Below, in pieces: positions 12,315 through 24,696 of a stretch of DNA of 64,000 bases. Source of the stretch: Hamiltosporidium tvaerminnensis FI-OER-3-3 (lineage: Eukaryota; Fungi; Microsporidia); assembly GCA_022605425.2 (NCBI GenBank), contig CM061251.1, forward strand, positions 496,001 to 560,000. The letters are read 5' to 3'. How positions within the stretch are numbered: the first letter of the stretch is position 1; every line of letters starts with the position of its first letter. Under the pieces are notes generated by a model. The model was not told where the DNA came from and searched no databases. It saw nothing but the letters and a program-made list of their open reading frames with translations. Made by a program: the position numbers and the translations under genes.

Positions 12315-12565
12315 TGCAGTATTCTACTACATAATTAGAGTTATTGAATTCCCCTATAAAATATAAAATTATATTTAATTAAAACCCCTATGTTGGAAGA
12401 AAGGAAAACGAAGAAGTGGAATAATAATTTAAATAAATCCTTCGTTGATCAAAACAAATCTTTAGTTACACGGGTTAACAAACCCTTTTATTCAAATGAT
12501 AAAGCCTGTCTCTATTAAAGATACCTTTTATCTGGGTGCCTCGAGAGAGCTTACGACATAGAAAA
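12315..12565 (+). repeat. ~250-bp direct repeat, copy 1 (possible solo LTR)
   Basis: Colinear with 18388-18630: AGTATTCTACTACATAATTA, TACACGGGT, GCCTGT.TCTAT.AAAGAT, TGGGTGC.TCGAGA.A..TTACGA. Confidence 0.7.
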
Positions 12566-13819
12566 ACAATGAATTTGGAGAATCTTAATTAAAAAGACTT
12601 TTGTCTATTAAGAATTAGATTGGGATTATAAACGAACTGCTTATATCTTTCATTATTAGTATGGTAGCTGTACCTATATTATTATTGATCTTTAATCGCT
12701 GATAATTATTGTGAAAATTCTACTTTAACTTAAATGTCGATATTTATATGGTTAGATATATAACGTGATAGATACTTGGTAAAAAAGTATAATTTAATAG
12801 AAGTTGCAATCCGAAATTCAGATTTATTACTATTTAAAGATTTAAAATAATTGAAGCATTTACACTCAGAGCTAGAAAAAATGCCCAAATTTTAATTCTT
12901 CTATAATACTCAAAATGAATATAATTTAATAAATAAATTTATTGAATAACAGATTTTGCGATTAACTTAAGTTATTACAAATTAATTAACTTTTAAAGCA
13001 AATACTATATTTTCTTGAATTCAGGAATAAAAAAACAAAAAGGGTCTAAAAATGCGCACTTTTTTAGTTAAATACCTGGCCGCTATTTTTTGTAAGATTT
13101 TCTCTATGCATGTAATGACTTCAATATTGCAATCAAACATACTGAAAGGACCAGAATTGAATTTAACTGTCTTTAAAATATGAAAAATCCGTTTAAAAAA
13201 ATTGTTCAAAACCGTAAAGTTTCTGAGCGCAGATGCTATATAATTGTCTAAACATATAAAAAAAGGATTTTCTACTTGTAAAAGATGGTCTGGTTGACTC
13301 ATATGCTTATAACTCATCAAATCTATAATATTAAAAGAATTGTAGAAATATATAAGGAACTTCCTTCAAAAATTATTGCTCGGAATATCCGAGAAATTAA
13401 AAGTTTTGGTATATTAAGAAGAAACATATGTCTTGGTCTTTAGGATATTAGTTTTTGCTATTTAAATCCGGCCCTAAAACATTAAATAAACCTAGACAAC
13501 CAATTTAAGCATTTAATATAAAAAAAATAAAGAGTATTTGATCAAATATAAATTACATATTATTATATTTAACAATAAATATTGTTTTTGTATGAAAGGA
13601 ATTTTGTTGACAGGAAGTTAAAACCCATAGAAAAATAGATAAACCTAAAAATATTATTGTACAAAAAATTTGAACCGTTAGTGTTGTGATAAGGAGTCTG
13701 TATTTCATACGAAGGAGTTATAAAATTGCAATTATCGAGAAAGGGTTAAATTTCGCATGATATTTTCGATTTTTATCTGTAAAGCTGGTTGGGCTCATCA
13801 CCAGCTTTGATCGAAATTC

Positions 13820-14130
13820 AAATTTGATTTTCAAAAATATAAGGCAAATTGAAATACAGCATAAAATACAAATGGGCTTATAGAGGTGTAGAAAATGAAG
13901 TACTTATATGGCTGTTCAAATGACTTATCTTAATCAAATTAGGAATACTAGTCTTTCATTAAAATAGGGTTGAAAAAATCTAGAATAAACCACAAAATAG
14001 AGTTTTATGAAATGTCGGGTTTATTTGGAATGAATCCATTCCGCGTAGTCAGACATCTGTATAATGGTATGCCTGGGTATATTGAAGCAGTATTGGGTTC
14101 AAACGAAAAAATACCCATTATTAAATGAAT
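13820..14130 (+). mobile_element. Decayed Tc1/mariner transposase C-terminal fragment
   Basis: Broken translation YLNQIRN (cf. DLNPIEN) then RHLYNGMPGYIEAVLGSN (cf. LVESMPRRLQAVIKAKG). Confidence 0.4.
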
Positions 14131-15099
14131 GAGTATATAATTTTTAGCCTGATATTTTCCTTTTTTAAAAAAAAAAAATATCTGAATTTAACACAATATT
14201 CAAATTGAGGTGGTGTATTAATAAAAAATACTAATTTCTATTTGTTAGAATGAAATCTTAATAGCATTCAAACTTCAATTCGGAAAAAAGCCAATTAAAT
14301 TTATTACCTTTTGTTGGTTACTAATTTTAAATATATGTGATTCCAATAACAGTTTTCCTTATATTGATTTTTTCCAATTTCAGAATATTTCCCCATTTAT
14401 GCTTTATGCGGCTTATAAATAGTCCTTAAGATTTGATTTGGGGAAAATGGTTCTTGCAGAATATTTAGATATGTCATATTAAAAACTGAAAGATTCTATC
14501 ACAACAGAATCAAATATCTTTCTAAATATGAATTTCCTTTTTTTTTGAATAATAGAAGAATTGCTTTATAATATATTAAATGATTGTTATTAATTATAAT
14601 CAAATTTTTTATAAAATATTTTGATTTTTCAATTTTGAATTATGACTGTGTTCAGTTCATGGCAATTCATAATTATTTAATTTTAAAAAACATTTAATCG
14701 AATTATAGTAAATTATCTTTGTACTTTTTTCTTGTTTATAATTTAAGTATTATTATTCATATTTTATTGATCTTTATTTTTTCAAATTAAATATTTTCAA
14801 AATCTATGATTTGAGAAGTATATTTATAAATTGTTCCTTTCTACATGATTAAAAGCACAATACACGGGTGCCTCAAAGCCTACCAATTTATTCAGGCGTT
14901 TAAGTATTTTTCTTTGACTCGTTGGGTTTTGAGCCCAAAGAAATAGTTCGGCTGTTGCACAATAGATATTATATAAATATATAAATTTTTCATTTTGAAA
15001 TTTAGAAATTGATTTATCTTTGAATGAAATATTTTGTGTTACTTTTTTACAATAAAATCTTATTTATTCGGGTCTCTTGTATCTCTAGGTGTTTAGAAT

Positions 15100-15317
15100 A
15101 TCTCATTTCATTCCTCTTTTACCTTTCAGTCTCGAATATAAACAAATGAAAATTTTCCTCTTGTTTCTTTCAATCTGTTGTAACTCGGGATTATAAAGGA
15201 TTGGTCTATGGATTTGGTGTAGTTTATATCTCACGAAAATAGCAGCAAGTATTTTCACACCAATTTTACACACTCATTGCATGCAGATAGTCTTTAATGT
15301 GATTATCCTTCCTCCAT
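15100..15317 (-). repeat. Family B repeat (shares 5' head with family A)
   Basis: rc TGGAGGAAGGATAATCACATTAAAGACTATCTGC..CAATGAGTGTGTAAAATTGGTGTGAAAAT head, then B body TCGAGACTGAAAGGTAAAAGAGGAATG. Confidence 0.75.
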
Positions 15318-16102
15318 CTTGCAATAACCAAAGAGATTAAATTGTAGATGCTTTCGAATTATAAGATTGTAATTTTAATTTTTTTTACCAAAAATAATTC
15401 TAATAAAATAAAAATATTTTGTATTCGATTCATTTTTAATTTATGAAATCCAAAAGAACGGGGAATGCGTTGAATGTTGGAATAAAAAATTATTCTCGTG
15501 AAATTATGTGAAATATGTGAAATTACTAATAGTAATTACGACAAAAATAAATTATTTAGAAAATCAAAGAAACTTATATGCATTATAGAAGATAATTTTA
15601 TCTAATAAATATTTCTAAACCAGTCATTACAAACTTGATAATTCTAATTTTTATTTTTTTATAATTAATTCTTTGGATTCTAATATCTTGAAGAATCTAT
15701 GCGTAATAATTTTATAAATTTGAAAACATATCCTATTGAACGAATATATTCTATTTGATAATCATTTATTTGGTTATAGACTAATCTAATTCATGACTGA
15801 TTTTATTTGAAACCAATCAGATAATAATATATTTTACGTTAATATTTTATTCGAGAAAAAAGTTACAATTCTAATCAAATAAAATTTATTTACATCTATT
15901 CTGTTCTTTGCTTTATCCAATGATTCAAATATATAGATCTATGATAAAAATATTTAAACCAACTATCAAATTAAAATTTTAGAAATTAAAAGAATCAATT
16001 AAATTTAACTTTATATAAGATAATCCAATTATCTGTTTTTGGTAAATATGATGTCTTTATTTAGGAGAAAAATATTAAAGAAATAAAATTCTGGAAAGTT
16101 TG

Positions 16103-17695
16103 ATGGAAGATTTTTCGAAAAATATTTTTTTTAATGAAAAAAACAGAATGATTAAAATTTCTGAATATGAGAATATAAAAACATTCAGTTATGTTTATAC
16201 AATATTATATTTTATACTTGCAATTTTATTTGGAGTAGGAGGAAGAATTTCATATAATTTAATTGAAGAACACAAAGAAATTTCACTTCTAATGTTTCAT
16301 ATTTTTGTCTATTTATCGATATATTTTTTATTGAGTGTTGTAATGACTCTTTTATGTTTATATTTATCGAAACCAAAGTATAATGGTACATTTAAACAGA
16401 TACTGGTTTATAAAAATTCAAATTCCATAAAATTCATATTTGGACTAGTATTATATTCAATGCTAATAAAAATTATGTCGCTTTTAAAAAGCTTTCATTA
16501 TTATGATTTCGAATCAATTAACAATTTGAAATTTAAGTTTTTGCCTAAAAACGAAAAGTCATTTTCGGAATTCATTTTTTCCTTCAGTTTGGCCATTTTT
16601 ACGTTTTGTTTGCACAAGATTGTATATCAGTACGCGATTTATAATATGCATTATAGATTTTATAGAGATAAACTACATCTTATTCGAAATCAAATGCGAG
16701 TTATCGAAAGAATACATAATGTAACAAATCAGAAATTTTCTTCAAATATTGATAAAACATCTTCTGAAATATTTAAGCAATTAAGTGGGGACACAAGAAA
16801 TATTACATTAGAATCATTGAAAATCCATTTCGATGAAACTGATTCTCAGGAGATATTAAACTTTTTTTCTGAAGAGAAAACAAATTATGACATTCTCAAT
16901 ATTTCAAGAGTTAGTAATTTAAATGATGATGCAAATATTAGATCTAACAATCAGATACAAATAAAAAAGCGTGTTTTTTCGGAAAAATATAGTAATTTAG
17001 CAAGTAATTTCAATAAATTGTCATTAATTTTGATTCAAAACGAAAAAAATTTTGATAAACTAAGAACCATCTTGATATTGGTATTTATTCCAATTTCAAT
17101 CTGCATATTTTATGTTTCAATGGGCAAGAAAGACTTGTTTAGAGGTTACTATATGGGTGTTCTTGGTCTGATACTACCTATGGCCTTTGTTTTTGGTCCT
17201 ATTTGTTCTGAAATATTGTCCTGTATTATTTTTGTGTTCTTTGTAAGACCGTTCGATAAAAAAGATACAATTGAAATCGAAAATGAACAATATTCTGTTA
17301 AAGAAATAGGAATTTCATACAGTACACTGATATCTGACTCTAGAACATGTAATTATCCCAATGAACAACTTAGGAAAAATAGGATTACAAATATAAGAAA
17401 ATCATCATATAATGTTTTCACGATATCAAAAATGTTTTCATATGAATCATTCAAAGAGAATTTTGATTCTTTAAAAACTAGAATTGCAAAATATTTAAAA
17501 GAACACCCATGTGATTATAAAGACGAATTTTATATTACAGATTTTGAAATAACAAAAGAATGCCATATTAAAGTGAATTTTATATTATACTTCTATATAA
17601 GCCATGATGATCTTAGAATACAAGAAAAAAGAAAGGATAATTTTACACTTTTTCTACATAATTTGATAAAGGAACTAAACATTGTATATTTTTAA
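16103..17695 (+). CDS. MscS-family mechanosensitive channel
   Basis: Multiple TM helices; C-terminal MscS core SCIIFVFFVRPFDKKDTIEIE..YSVKEIGISYSTL..YPNEQL...ITNIRKS; first ATG at 16103. Confidence 0.85.
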   Translation: MEDFSKNIFFNEKNRMIKISEYENIKTFSYVYTILYFILAILFGVGGRISYNLIEEHKEISLLMFHIFVYLSIYFLLSVVMTLLCLYLSKPKYNGTFKQILVYKNSNSIKFIFGLVLYSMLIKIMSLLKSFHYYDFESINNLKFKFLPKNEKSFSEFIFSFSLAIFTFCLHKIVYQYAIYNMHYRFYRDKLHLIRNQMRVIERIHNVTNQKFSSNIDKTSSEIFKQLSGDTRNITLESLKIHFDETDSQEILNFFSEEKTNYDILNISRVSNLNDDANIRSNNQIQIKKRVFSEKYSNLASNFNKLSLILIQNEKNFDKLRTILILVFIPISICIFYVSMGKKDLFRGYYMGVLGLILPMAFVFGPICSEILSCIIFVFFVRPFDKKDTIEIENEQYSVKEIGISYSTLISDSRTCNYPNEQLRKNRITNIRKSSYNVFTISKMFSYESFKENFDSLKTRIAKYLKEHPCDYKDEFYITDFEITKECHIKVNFILYFYISHDDLRIQEKRKDNFTLFLHNLIKELNIVYF

Positions 17696-18387
17696 TCAAA
17701 AAAATATAGGTATAAATTTTATATATTAAATCACCTTCAACGTGTAACTAACTCTATTCATTTTTTTTGTATTTATAAACGAGACTAATTTGCAAAAAAA
17801 CATGCTTATATAAATATACTCTTCATAAATAATTTATTTTTAACTCTTCTTTTGCAACAAAACCATATAATATGAATTTATTTAATTTGATTAATTAAAT
17901 AACTCATAATTACAAATTTTATTTATATTTATTGTTACATTCATATATTTTACATTATGATCTTTTCGGTGTGTTGAATTGTAATTTTTTGGGTTATACA
18001 CCAAAAAATTAAGTTTATTTTGAAACTTATGAACCTATTTTCGACTTATACTGTAAAAAATTCACAAATAATAATTGACTTATAATTTCATTTTCGCTGA
18101 ATTCAAAATAAGTTTTTAAAAGCTTTTTTTAGATTTCTCTACTGTGTATAAAAACATTGGTTTTTTATTACAGTAAATATTTATTTCAAGCTCATATTTT
18201 TGAATTATCTACATTAAGAAAACGAGTAAACGCTTTTAATTTATTTTAAAATGTTATCTGAATCAATATTTAATTTTAAATTAGTATCGAGCTGAAAATA
18301 TAACGATTTAATATGCATCATGGGGACTCGATAAAAAGTAAACGATATTTATCATGAATTCAACAAATAAAAAATTAATTATATTAT

Positions 18388-18630
18388 TGTAGTATTCTAC
18401 TACATAATTATGAGTTATTGTATTTCCTTATAAAACACAAAATTCTATTTCAATAAAGCCTCGATGGGGAAGAAATGAAACAAAAGAACTAGAGTAATAG
18501 CATAAATAAATTTTTCCTTTAAAAACAATTCTTTATCTACACGGGTATCAAAATCTTCGTTTGCAAAGATAGTGCCTGTTTCTATAAAAGATGTCTTTTA
18601 TTTGGGTGCTTCGAGAAAAGTTACGAAAAT
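18388..18630 (+). repeat. ~250-bp direct repeat, copy 2 (possible solo LTR)
   Basis: Colinear with 12315-12565; begins TGTAGTATTC. Confidence 0.7.
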
Positions 18631-20270
18631 TATAAATCATCAAAAACTAGAATTTAGAATATACAACCAAAATTCATATAATTACAAAAGCATTTAAAAT
18701 GATTGATGTTATCCTTCTCCTCAACATCAAACCTTCATATAACAAAAACTTATACGTTTATTTTTAATATTTTCTATGTCTATAAATAGCGTTTGCAAAA
18801 TTCATTAGATGTCATTTTTCAATGATAGTTTGTTTTTTGATGAAGTGCATACCGTGCAAAAGAATGTTTTTTTCTAATATTATGTTATTTGTTCATCTTC
18901 TATTGAATTTATAGCTATTTATTGCAAATAAATTGCTTTTGAAGTCTATGATTTTGAATCGAACAGTTTTAAATTTAAAATAATAAATTTTTTTAGCACA
19001 AGTATGTGTGATTAATTTTTAAAGATTGAATATTTTATATTTCTTAATAGCTTTGGACCGAGAATTTCTAAAATGAAAAGAATATTTTTTTATATTTTGT
19101 ATTCGATGATTAGTCTATAATTTATCTTGAATATATACGTATACCAATATATATTAAAAGCCTAATATTATATTTCTAAAATTGAAGTTATTTTAGTTAA
19201 AATAAAACATGGAAAATTGTAGGATCAAATTGTCTAAAATTAAATGTTTGGTTTATTTAATTAAAAATACATTCATTCGGTTAAATTTTATTTTTGGATT
19301 CCCTCAAATTACTCCATTATTCGATAATATTTAGACTTGGCGTTTCTCGATCTAATTCTCGTACCGTTAAAGAATAGACGAAATATTTTTTTTATTTTAT
19401 TTTGAACGTGTATTTCGGAGACTATTACTTAATTTTTTTGTGATTACGCAAGTAATTTTAAACCAATAAATTACGATTTCTTAGATTCAAGAGAAAATTA
19501 TAATCTATTTTTGTATGATCATTGGGATGCTACAAACACGAGCTAACCGAGCGATCATCCTTTCTTCTCAGCAAATATTTGTAAGTATTGAATTGATAAA
19601 TATGTTTTTAAGAATAGGGTATATTTCCGTGCAAGGATATTCTCAAATTTGGTTAATTATATAGAAAATCAAAAACCTTTCCAAAAGATTTGCTGTTAAT
19701 AAGTAATTTTTTATGACGTAATATTACAATTATTGCTGAAAATTGAAAGATGGATTTTTACGAGGTATTCCTTTAATCTCGAAAGGCTTATCTAGGCATA
19801 CTGAAAGCAGATACTATTTCATTCTGTATAAAAGCTGTTATTTTCTTGATATACATACGAATACAATATAAATACTTCTAAGAAATGATAAAAGACGTAA
19901 ATATATTTCATGCTAAAGAATAACCTATAAGATACTTTTTATAATATATTTTAATCATTTATTGCTATTAAAATTTTTATATTTATTTAATATTCTGATA
20001 TATACTCTGATTAGAATGTACAAAGCACAAATAGTGGGTTGAAATAAAAAGAAGTTTAACAGACAAGTTCATATGTAAAAATAGATGATTTGGCATAGTT
20101 AGCATAAATTTTTAGATCTTTGAAATGATTTTTTGATCAAAAAATATAAATAATATCATTATGTATTCAAAAAATTTATACTATACCAAATTTAAAATAG
20201 TATTAGCCTCATATGCTTTATGTTTAAAAAGTACATTATGATGCCTAGAAGTCTTCGGAGTTTCAAAATT

Positions 20271-20352
20271 CGCTGGCGAGAGGATTCGAACCTCTGCTCG
20301 CAGAGCGAATTAGTTTTCGAGACCAACGCCTTAACCACTCGGCCACACCAGC
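20271..20352 (-). tRNA. tRNA-Ser (anticodon CGA)
   Basis: rc GCTGGTGTGGCCGAGTGGTTAAGGCG-TTGGT-CTCGAAA-ACTAA-long variable arm-GGTTCGAATCC-TCTCGCCAGCG; G discriminator; TTTT downstream. Confidence 0.95.
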
Positions 20353-22805
20353 TAGAAAAAACTCAGTTAAACTATTAATCTCTTATAACGGTTTTTGAAT
20401 TTTACTAAAAGACATAATAGTAATTACGTAATTAAAAGAAATTTAAGATATCTTAAATTTCCTTTTGTATATATTAGGTGAATTCATTTTAAAAGATCGT
20501 ATTTATTCAAATTTGATGCCTTTTTTTGATTTGTAAAATTTGTGGTTCTATCTCTTGCTTGTTGGACCTCTTTTTAATTTTGATTATATTATGCGCTATT
20601 AATGAGTATTTTCTTATGGGATTGATGAATTACCTCGTTTTTATATGGTTAGATAAATTTAATATGTTGTTTTTATCATTTGATGCCCGTAATTTTCCCT
20701 TGGAACTTCGTAATTTATATTGTTAATACTATTATATGTCTAGTTTTTAATCAAAATGATTTCCGAAAAATAAAAATTTTGGATTGAAGTCGAAAAATAA
20801 TGAGAAATAGATGCTTTTGTTATTAGTAGTATTTGGTTTTTTATCATATAGGTTCTATTACTTTGTCATAATATTTGGACTACCACATTTAAGTCGGTCT
20901 TAGTGATACTGATGTACATATGACTGGATCGATTTGATAGTATTTCATGCTTCTCGATTTTTCGGTCTCAATAATCAAACCGAATCGCAATATTTTTTTT
21001 TTATTTAGATATTTGATCTTTTTTTGCAAATATATCTATCTGGTATTTTATTAAATGTTCGAACCTCTGTTTTTAAAAAAATCATAATTTGTCACAGCAG
21101 ATAAATTACAAATACTTTCAATGAAAAATACTCGTAGGCTCTTTGAATTAACTGATTTTTATAGAAACGTATTTGTTGCATTTAACAATTTCTCATGTAT
21201 GCTAATATTTGATTTGATGCATCGTTTTACCAAACCATGAAATGTGCAAATTACCTTCTAATACAAGGTTTGCGAAAGGTATAACCCGAGGGTCGAGAAC
21301 TCATTAGCTTCCATATAAAGGGCAAGAATATTATTTTTTCTGTGTTTATTATTACTATTTTTGAATAAAATGTGATAGTTTGATACTGATGTTCAAAAAA
21401 ATAATATACTATCTGAACAATATTTTTATAGAAACCTGTTCAAAAAAATTACATAATTTTATATGCATCTTCGAATCCCCAATTAAAAACGCTCATAAGT
21501 TTGCCCGAGGTTTTATTTCTGCTTTTGGCACCATCTAAATATGTGAATAAACATTCTCTAAAATTAAATAGATGAAAAATATAGAAAATTTAAAGTTACA
21601 AGATAAGCTCTCGAACTCGTTATAGCTAATTTATACTTGTAAATTATACATACATCTTTAAAAAAATATTGAGAAAAGACTAATATATAAATTTCATAAA
21701 AAAATACTTATGCCACACATTTTTCTTTGTTTCGTTTTGTTTTTTTTGTGTAAATTATAAAAAAAATATGATTTATGATAACAAAAATGTTTAAAATCAA
21801 TTAAATTTTCTTTCTATTAGAAATTCTTACAAAAAATAATTTATAATTGTAATTTCGTTTGTATAGTTTATCTTGTTTTTATTTTTCTATCAAAAAACAC
21901 CTGGTGTAAAAAACCGTAGGGGTTAATTAAGTTACACCGAAAGCTTTATAAAATATCTCCTCGGGCTAGATTTGACCAACAGATGTAGTTTGAGATCCCT
22001 GCTCTAAAAGAAAAATCACTATTTTTCTTCTCAAATAGTTCTCAATTCAATCTTATGTAAACAATGATAACCCCATTTTTCTCCTAATGACTTGCTTTTA
22101 TATTTTTGAAACTTTCTATTACTTCCGAATGTTGATTTTTGTGAGATTTATGTATTCCGAGCTTTGGATAAGCACAATTCATTCAAATTTTTATCAAAGC
22201 TATGCTTCATACTATAATAATTCGTTAAAATTGGTTCCTGTATTATATTTTTTAGAAAATAACTGAAACTTAATAAATTAAGAACTGGAAACAAACTTTA
22301 ACTCACTCTAGTGTAAGATGGTACAAACGCAACCCGAAACTGATTGCTGATTAGCCGGCGAAAGTCACCTAGATAAATATTTCTAAACAGTTATCATTTC
22401 ATCAAAGGGACCAGATAATTTCTAAAAGTATTAATATTGACCTGGAATTGTTAAAATCTTTCCAAATTATCCAAAACTTTACGTTTTATCTAATTTTTTA
22501 AACTTATCAAAAATATATATAGACTAGCTGTTAAGCTCGTAGAAACGAACTTGATTTTACATCCATAAAAAACAAAGTAGATTATCACGTTGCACTTCTT
22601 GTGCTGAGCTATAATTTCTTGGCCTGTTCAAGTGAGAGATATACCCATCAGTGTTCGTTGCTTGTATTTTTTTTAGATTTTTATATCCGCATGTTTAGCC
22701 GCTCTTTAGCAATTTTGGAATAAAATGTAAAAATATATTGTACCTAAAGTATTTCTTCTTTTATTTTTATTTGCTTTTAAATTTATAGCATGCTTAACTA
22801 CTATA

Positions 22806-23035
22806 ATTGGAGAGAGGATAACCACATTAAAAACTATCTGGTTGTCAATGAGTGGGTAAATTGATGTGAAAATCATTGTTGAGAGTTTGATAAAATATAA
22901 ACCACATCGGATCCATATGCCAATTCCCTATAAGCATACTTAACAACACATTAAAAGAAGCAAATTGAAATTTTCCAGTTTTTCATCCTCGACACCGAAA
23001 GGTAAAAAATGAATGGAATTAGTAAGTAAGTTTAG
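22806..23035 (+). repeat. Family B repeat
   Basis: TGGAGAGAGGATAACCACATTAAAAACTATCTG head; body TATAAACCACATCGGATC..TTTTCATCCTCGACAC..GAATGGAAT..GTAAGTAAGT shared with 37990-38230. Confidence 0.8.
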
Positions 23036-23171
23036 CAAATAGTTTATTTTTTGCTCATTCAAGATCATCATCTATTTTCATCGCTTCCGCTTAGGTTGTC
23101 GTTGGCATTTATGTATTATAAGCTTTTTCATTGTCTAAAATAGTTTTTGCCGTGGCGTGATGTATTGGTGA

Positions 23172-23397
23172 TTACTCGGTATACCGGGAAATGAATTGAC
23201 TTGGAGAATTCTCTGCTTGTCGTAAAAGGCGACTAAAATGGATTGGTCCTCTAAGTTGGTTGAGCATATGGCTAACAACCCACCCTTTAAACCACCCTGT
23301 TACGAATTCGAAAAGGTAAACAAACCCACTGGAAAAAGACCAGAGGGCGGTATTACTGAGGGCGACTATGGCTCACTCATGGCTGTAGGTCCGATGA
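23172..23397 (+). mobile_element. RTE-derived bipartite SINE-like retroposon with 14-bp TSD
   Basis: GC-rich island flanked by exact TGATGTATTGGTGA (23158-23171 and 23398-23411); RTE 5'UTR-like motifs GCTTGTCGTAAAAGGCGACTAA and TGGTCCTC..GTTG..GGCTAACAACCCACC; RTE-like 3' end GGCTGTAG..CCGATGATGA. Confidence 0.75.
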
Positions 23398-24696
23398 TGA
23401 TGTATTGGTGAATTAAATTATTATATAACCCTCTAGGTTCTTTATAGAAATCTTTTAATTTAATCAAGCATAAAATAGCATAGACTATTCAAGGAAGAAT
23501 AGTTTATGCACGTATTGTAGAGGATATATAAAATTGCATAACTAAAAGGGAAAAAACAATAATCACATCATATAATTGTTTATCTAACTGTAAAAATTCT
23601 TAGATAAAAAATCTGAAGAAATTGAAATATTTTTTTAAAAAAAAATGAGAATTTTTGGAAAAATAAAAAAAATATATTTATTATGTTAGCCTTGTTATAT
23701 ATTACAATCTAGAAAAAAGGTTAATAAAAAATGTAAGTATTTATTTGAACCAACGAAAAGTGTTCAATTGTTTCATATTCTACTCCTACTCACTATTATT
23801 GGTTGTGTAAGAGAAATAAAAAAATCATTAGATTGATATATTAAATCAAAACACTATTATTGGTAGCTTGGTTTCTCCATCCAATTAAACATTTCGAAGT
23901 AAATGGTTGTCGTCGGGTTATTACTCGATTATACAAATATTTCCTATATTATCAACTTGCTTAAATTATTCTTATAACTCAAACTATGTATAAAATAAAT
24001 TTATTGCCAGATATTGGATTGGATCATTCCTTTTTTGCGTTTTTTTACACTATTATAAATTTCTGAAAAAAAAATAGAAGTTAAATTAATTTCTCAAAAT
24101 TTTTTTTGGTTTGGATAATTCACAATATTCTTTAGAACATATAAATCAAACTAATTTTCAGCACATAAATTTGTAAAAAGATTGTTTTTTTTTTATCAAA
24201 TTCAATGCTATATGCCATCAGCAATGACAATATAAACGATTGGAATTTTTTGAATAACTAATTTACACAAACAGTCTTACTTTTTAATATCTGATGATTA
24301 TAGATTTGAAAATTTGGCAATGATTTAAAATAAAACATCATTTCGATTTCTAGAAAAAAAAACAAATAAAAATCGTAAATTTTTTATTATATGCACTTAA
24401 AAAAATATTCAAATACATAGGAAAAAAAACGATTTTATCATCTAAGCGTATGCTAAATTCTAAAAAAGAAGATTTTTATAAAAAAAAATGTCACATAATA
24501 TTTAAAAAATGTTGAATCCCTCTCTGGCCAAAGCATAACTATTCTTGAGGCATTCTATAGCGTAAAACTTAATTAAGACTTAACTGATAATATGATTAAT
24601 TAATTTTTTTGTCATTTTATTTGTATAAAAATTTGATGAAGCCTAAAGGGGTAAATTTGTAAAAATTATATATAAAAATTATTTGCTTTTCACACC

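Larger units (their letters stand above)
22580..23930 (+). promoter_or_regulatory. Second copy of the conserved upstream block, interrupted by two insertions
   Basis: Homologous to 2610-3420; split by family B element (22806-23035) and SINE (23172-23397). Confidence 0.6.
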
